IMG/VR virus record: IMGVR_UViG_3300046694_000587
Source of the DNA: a virus
Lineage: Duplodnaviria; Heunggongvirae; Uroviricota; Caudoviricetes
Length of the DNA: 17,756 bases
Reading direction: 5' to 3' (one strand)
In this document: positions 13,540 to 17,756 of the stretch, piece after piece
How positions within the stretch are numbered: the first letter of the stretch is position 1
How the letters are laid out: each line of letters begins with the position of its first letter
Position numbers and translations under genes: made by a program
The notes under the pieces: generated by a model
Databases searched by the model: none
Seen by the model: the letters and a program-made list of their open reading frames with translations, nothing else
Told to the model about the DNA's origin: nothing

Positions 13540-14874
13540 ATGAGCCTCAAAAGGCCTTTATTAAAATTTTTCGCATTATTGCTGGCGACGTTCGCCTTCA
13601 TACAGCCCGTTCTTGTCTGGAATAATCCGAACCTATATTTCACGCTCGGGGCCTTGCTGTCGGTGCTCCCGCTGGCGCGCATCTTCGTATCAAAAGAGTT
13701 GGACTCTCAGCCAACGTTTCAGGTTAGTCTCGCGGTGTGTTTCATCGTAGTCGGCTTGCTAGGCCCGGTGATGTCTGGGTTCTCGGCACAGCAACGCATT
13801 CTGCTATCGGGACTTCCAAAGCAAGCCTCATCTAGCGGATTACCAGTTCTCGACAACTCTCATGTTTCACTTCTGTCCAGGGCGTCAGCCATCGAAGCTT
13901 TGCAACGTAAGCTCGAGGATGACGAGTCGCTGAATTCCGAGTTTCGCATCGGCAGCCCGGTCAAACAGGTGTTTCGAGGTGAACTCGTCTGGGTGGCGCC
14001 AATGGAGCCGCGCAGTGCCATCGAGGCGCTATTTGGTAAGGCCGCACCGGGGTATGCCATGGTCAAGGCGTCCGATGTCACGTCGGCGCAGCTGGTGAAA
14101 TTCAACATTGCGTACAGCAACCGTATGGTGATTGGCCTGGACACGCGCGTCTGGTTCCATAACCCGACGTTGGATGTCTACGGCTGGTACTTCGAGTTGA
14201 GCGATGACGGTGTTCCACACTGGGTCGGCATTCTGACAAAGCGCACGATTGGTTTCCGGGGATATGACGTCGTTGGCGCGGTCATCGTTGATGTCTCGAC
14301 CGGTGACCAGACGCGCTACACCCGCGACAAGATTCCTTACTGGGTCAACAACAAATTCCCGATGGAACTCGTGGCGGCACAAATCAACGCGGCCGGTGAC
14401 CTGGTAAATGGCCTTTTCGAGCTGTCAGACGCCGGCAAATTTGAGCTCGACACTGGACTGAACATGGTCTTCTTTGACAACAAGGCGTGGTATCTCGGCC
14501 TGGTGTCCAATGTCGTGCGTGACAACCAGCTCAAGGAGGTGGTGCTTGTCGACACAGAGACCCGTGGAGTGCGTCGTGTAGCGCTGTGTGGCATAACGGC
14601 ATACACGGCGGCCAAGGTTCTACAGGCGGAAGGACCTGAGAAAGGGCTGAAGTCAAGCAGGCCCGTGCCGTATCTCATCTACGGCATTCCCGCCTACGTG
14701 GCTTCGCTGGCGGACCAGTTCGGCGTTCCGCGTGCGTATGGGCTCGTCGCGGTGAGAGATGCCCAGGTATCGGCAGTCGCTGACAGTCTGGCTGAAGCGG
14801 AGGCAAAGTTCGCAGAAAGGTCTGCAATTGACCGGCCGCACCTCGTGCTAACGCACGACAGCAGACAGAAATAA
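13540..14874 (+). CDS. Membrane-anchored hypothetical protein with a large extracytoplasmic domain
   Basis: AGGGA 6 nt before ATG 13540; three N-terminal hydrophobic helices; then LVWVAPME, FELSDDGVPHWV, VIVDVSTGD, IPYWVN motifs. I recall this pattern from an uncharacterised family but cannot name it reliably. Confidence 0.7.
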   Translation: MSLKRPLLKFFALLLATFAFIQPVLVWNNPNLYFTLGALLSVLPLARIFVSKELDSQPTFQVSLAVCFIVVGLLGPVMSGFSAQQRILLSGLPKQASSSGLPVLDNSHVSLLSRASAIEALQRKLEDDESLNSEFRIGSPVKQVFRGELVWVAPMEPRSAIEALFGKAAPGYAMVKASDVTSAQLVKFNIAYSNRMVIGLDTRVWFHNPTLDVYGWYFELSDDGVPHWVGILTKRTIGFRGYDVVGAVIVDVSTGDQTRYTRDKIPYWVNNKFPMELVAAQINAAGDLVNGLFELSDAGKFELDTGLNMVFFDNKAWYLGLVSNVVRDNQLKEVVLVDTETRGVRRVALCGITAYTAAKVLQAEGPEKGLKSSRPVPYLIYGIPAYVASLADQFGVPRAYGLVAVRDAQVSAVADSLAEAEAKFAERSAIDRPHLVLTHDSRQK

Positions 14875-14883
14875 TGCACAAAT

Positions 14884-14916
14884 AAAAAAGCCACAATCCA
14901 CGGTGGCTTTTTCTTT
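14884..14916. terminator. Bidirectional Rho-independent terminator
   Basis: AAAAAGCCAC-AATCCACG-GTGGCTTTTT with A- and T-tracts on both sides, between convergent stops at 14874 and 14932. Confidence 0.85.
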
Positions 14917-14931
14917 GTCGGTGTGCAGCGG

Positions 14932-15438
14932 TTACTCGTTTTCGTCGTCGTGGTCGCCGGCCATGTCGAACTCCTTGTCCAGGAGTTGCTTCGACTGGGC
15001 GTAGGCCTTATCCACGATGTCCTTTTTCACTTCGCCGGCTTTAATCCAGGCCGCCACTCGACGCTGGCAGAACCGTGCGGTATCGACGTGCACCTTCGGG
15101 TCCATACCTTCGATGGCACTCGCAATTTCGCCAGCCTTGAGGCGGCTGTCGAGACTCAGCGAGCCTGCCATCGCCAGCAGAACCACGGACTGCGCCCCGG
15201 TTTCATAGACCTGTTTGCGTTGTGCTTCGGGAACCTTGCCGCCAGGGAATTGTATTTGCAGCGCCTGCACGCCGCCCATGGCAAGGGTCGTCATCAGCTC
15301 ACCGCAGATGCGGCTCTGCATGGTCGCGCTGACATCGGTGAACTGCTTGGGCAGCGGAGTATCCCCGCTTGCCGCAACCGCGCTCAACGCGACGGACGAC
15401 AGCGACACAGCGATGACTTTGGACAGGACTGATTTCAT
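14932..15438 (-). CDS. Exported hypothetical protein, 168 aa (alternative coupled TTG start 15483)
   Basis: Sec signal MKSVLSKVIAVSLSSVALSAVAA; two Cys; acidic tail DDENE; last gene of the nuclease operon. Confidence 0.7.
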   Translation of the reverse strand: MKSVLSKVIAVSLSSVALSAVAASGDTPLPKQFTDVSATMQSRICGELMTTLAMGGVQALQIQFPGGKVPEAQRKQVYETGAQSVVLLAMAGSLSLDSRLKAGEIASAIEGMDPKVHVDTARFCQRRVAAWIKAGEVKKDIVDKAYAQSKQLLDKEFDMAGDHDDENE

Positions 15439-15479
15439 CGTACGGCTGCCTTCTTGATTATTCGGGGTTAGATGTCGGC

Positions 15480-16220
15480 TCAATTCACGACGGCGCCGGC
15501 GGGCAGGTACTGCATCCCGGTCATCCGAACCAGTTGGTCATAGCTGTACGTGCCCTGGACGGTGGCGTCGTCCGTGTTCGCAACGATGTACACCCACGCA
15601 CGCTTCTTGGCCGGGTCGTAGACGAGCTTGAAAAGGGAATTGGGCACCCACACGTGGCCCGGGCCCAGTGTGGCCACCTGACCACTGAAAATCGGACCTG
15701 TGAGAACGTAGATGCCTTCGTTGCTGCGCATCGCGTACTGGCGCGTCGGCTTCTCGACATTCTTTGCCCATACGCCACGATTGTTAGTACTACTTTGCAT
15801 TACCATATTGGCCAACGAGAACGACTGGGCCATGCCAGCCTCGGTAGCGCGGTCGCCGGCAGGCGCCATATGCCCGCGGTCCATATGAGAGCCCCGGAAG
15901 TCCTCGAGCGTCGCACGCTCGGCAGAGGGCAGGCGGGCTTCCTCATAAAACTTGTTGGTGCGCTCCTTTCCGTGTGCTGCGTTAAGGCTCTCCCGGGTCA
16001 GGTGCTCGGCTGAATAGACCGGAGACTTGGACTGGCCGGAGTGCAGGACCGCAAAATCGTCGAAGCACAGCGCGCGGAGTTTGCCAGGCTGATTTGTCGT
16101 CGGTTGCGGCGCGAAACCCTGAAAGAAATCCTGGGAGCAGGCTTCGAAGCCGCTCGCTCCCGCGGCCATGGCGGATGCGCTCAGCGTGCAGGCGGCAATC
16201 AGCGATACAAAACGGAGCAT
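15480..16220 (-). CDS. Secreted DNA/RNA non-specific endonuclease (NucA/Serratia type, beta-beta-alpha-Me)
   Basis: Signal peptide MLRFVSLIAACTLSASAMA; active-site DRGHMAPAGD; FSLANMVMQ...NNRGVW; VLTGPIF; VPNSLFKLVYDP; RBS GGAGGG. Confidence 0.92.
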   Translation of the reverse strand: MLRFVSLIAACTLSASAMAAGASGFEACSQDFFQGFAPQPTTNQPGKLRALCFDDFAVLHSGQSKSPVYSAEHLTRESLNAAHGKERTNKFYEEARLPSAERATLEDFRGSHMDRGHMAPAGDRATEAGMAQSFSLANMVMQSSTNNRGVWAKNVEKPTRQYAMRSNEGIYVLTGPIFSGQVATLGPGHVWVPNSLFKLVYDPAKKRAWVYIVANTDDATVQGTYSYDQLVRMTGMQYLPAGAVVN

Positions 16221-16480
16221 CAGCGGCCCTCCATGGGCAAATTGGGGCGGCCGGCACGCAGCCGGCTCAGAAGGAGATGCGTCTCGCGACGCGAGCCGTC
16301 ATGGGTGGGCAGCAGCAGGTCCATCTTCTGGAAGAAGTCCTCGCAAACTGCCTCCCGACCCGCACGATGAACGTCGCGGGCGCGGGCTGCGATGTCCTGC
16401 AGCTTTCCCGCCGGCAGGCTCTTGATGAATTCGATGAGGTTCTGCGGCGTCAAGCTCACGCGTTTCGGTTTGTCAGTCAT
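16220..16480 (-). CDS. Hypothetical cytoplasmic protein, 86 aa, translationally coupled to the nuclease
   Basis: Its TGA (16222-16220) overlaps the nuclease ATG (16220-16218) as TGATG; helical composition, no signal peptide. Confidence 0.6.
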   Translation of the reverse strand: MTDKPKRVSLTPQNLIEFIKSLPAGKLQDIAARARDVHRAGREAVCEDFFQKMDLLLPTHDGSRRETHLLLSRLRAGRPNLPMEGR

Positions 16481-16578
16481 GACTCACTCGCTTAGGAATA
16501 TATTCATAGTATAACGTGAAAAACATAATGTGTCACTTTGCCTTACACGATATACTACGCGCATGGGAAAGAGTCAAT

Positions 16579-17361
16579 ATGTGCCGGCGTCGGTTTGCCC
16601 CGGTTGCTAGCCGATATGCGTGGATGCGCCTCTTTATCCTGCTCTTACTGGCGGGAGGCTTCGCCTCGCCTGCCTTCGGCTACAACTCGGCCTGCTCAAT
16701 CGGCCTCGACAACGCGACGAGTCTGTCGGATGACAGCTTCGGCACCGTCACCCGGCAGTCGATGCCATCGACGGTGACAAAATCCTCGACATTCACCGCG
16801 AGTTGCGCTGTCTCCGCGCTGGTGCTCGGTGGCTATCAGTGGGTGCTCACGCCGAAGGCGAGCACCTTGACCCAGGTGAGCGGCAGTACACCCCAGCCCG
16901 TACTCAATGCGGTCGCCCGTTCGTACACCCTGTCTGCCACGAAGCTGCTGGTCAACACTTCACTGATTCTGGGCGCTGGGACATCCGCACAGATAACCGC
17001 AACGGCGAAGGGCACGCTCACCGCGCTCACATCGCAGCTTACCGCCGGCACCTATCGGCTGTCCGAGACTGTCGCCGTCCAGCGCCAAAGCTGCACCTCG
17101 TTGCTGGTGATTCTTCTGTGCTCGAATGACGGCAGCTCGCGGACGTTCACGTCGACGTACACCCTGACGGTTATCGACCAGCCTCCGCCCACCACCGGCT
17201 CGGGGTCCGGGGGAAGCCCTGGTTCAGGCAATTCAGGCTCAGGCTCAGACTCGGGCGCTGGGTCCGGCTCGGGCAAAACACCACAGTCCACGCACAAAGG
17301 TGTTGTTACGAATCCGTGGCTGGTGCGTGGCGCCGACAGGAGGTTTGTCTGTGCAATCTGA
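16579..17361 (+). CDS. Exported SCPU/Csu-like pilin-domain protein with Gly/Ser linker and C-terminal HKGVVTNPWLVRG motif (start 16579 or 16624)
   Basis: Signal MRLFILLLLAGGFASPAFG; ACSI...SFGTV...FTASC and AGTY patterns as in spore-coat-U/Csu pilins; Ser/Thr-rich beta strands; four Cys in the mature domain. Confidence 0.55.
   Translation: MCRRRFAPVASRYAWMRLFILLLLAGGFASPAFGYNSACSIGLDNATSLSDDSFGTVTRQSMPSTVTKSSTFTASCAVSALVLGGYQWVLTPKASTLTQVSGSTPQPVLNAVARSYTLSATKLLVNTSLILGAGTSAQITATAKGTLTALTSQLTAGTYRLSETVAVQRQSCTSLLVILLCSNDGSSRTFTSTYTLTVIDQPPPTTGSGSGGSPGSGNSGSGSDSGAGSGSGKTPQSTHKGVVTNPWLVRGADRRFVCAI
17197..17274 (+). repeat. Gly/Ser low-complexity linker (26 codons)
   Basis: GSGSGGSPGSGNSGSGSDSGAGSGSG encoded with varied codons. 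Confidence 0.8.
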
Positions 17362-17756
17362 GATGAATATGCGCGCCCGAGCAGACGTCATCAGGAGGCG
17401 CCTGCGCATAGCCGCGGCGATAGTTTCACTCCTGGCTGCCTCGAGAGCGATGGCACTTGCGACATGCGCGACGCCATGGGCGGAAGGAAACACCTTCACG
17501 CTCGGCGAGGTCGTGTCGTATGCGAACAAGAACTACAAGGACCTTCAGCCGCATACTGCATAGGTGGGCACCGGCTGGACCCCGCCTTCCACGCCTGCGC
17601 TGTGGTCTTACGTTGAGGATTGCAGCACGGGAACGGCGAGCATTCCGGTGCCTCCGGTCACAGCTCCGCCGGCAGAGCCGAATCCACCGTCCGAGCACAA
17701 AGGTGTCCTGCCGAATCCCTGGACGGTCCGCGGATATGCGGCGAAGCAGATATATC
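17351..17756 (+). pseudogene. Exported CBM5/12 (ChtBD3-like) chitin-binding protein interrupted by in-frame TAG 17561-17563; runs off the window end
   Basis: AGGAGG (17338-17343) 7 nt before GTG 17351; signal peptide; PWAEGNTFTLGEVVSYANKNY...HTA*VGTGWTPPSTPALW is a contiguous CBM5/12 pattern across the stop. The frame stays open to the window end: Pro-rich linker, then HKGVLPNPWTVRG. Confidence 0.75.

Noticed and set aside
13308-13682. 124-aa minus-strand ORF
   Set aside because: Overlaps the start of the membrane-protein gene in antisense; no RBS or motif.
14923-15432. 169-aa plus-strand ORF
   Set aside because: Antisense to the exported protein and starts right after the bidirectional terminator.

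Overview
GC-rich, Burkholderiales-like mobile DNA, most likely a large plasmid; no tRNA, rRNA, CRISPR, transposase or integrase was seen. The replicon core is a candidate origin with four 22-bp iteron-like repeats (2347-2434), an extended -10 promoter, a ribbon-helix-helix gene and a TrfA-like initiator. A stand-alone DHFR follows directly. Cargo: a Tat-exported GH56/hyaluronidase-like hydrolase; a ~1,465-aa SF1 (UPF1/DNA2-like) helicase with a C-terminal Vsr/DUF559-type nuclease; a minimal kinase resembling the T7 gp0.7 kinase domain; a protein of ~7 Cys-less zinc-ribbon-like repeats; a degenerate Nudix protein; a membrane-anchored hypothetical; and a three-gene operon with a secreted NucA-type nuclease. 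At the right end are two adjacent exported proteins: an SCPU/Csu-like pilin domain, and a CBM5/12 chitin-binding protein broken by one in-frame TAG. Both carry the same unrecognised peptide, HKGVxxNPWxVRG, after a low-complexity linker. That shared motif and the kinase/repeat/Nudix/helicase block are the best candidates for undescribed biology. All family calls come from motif recognition by eye; no searches were run.
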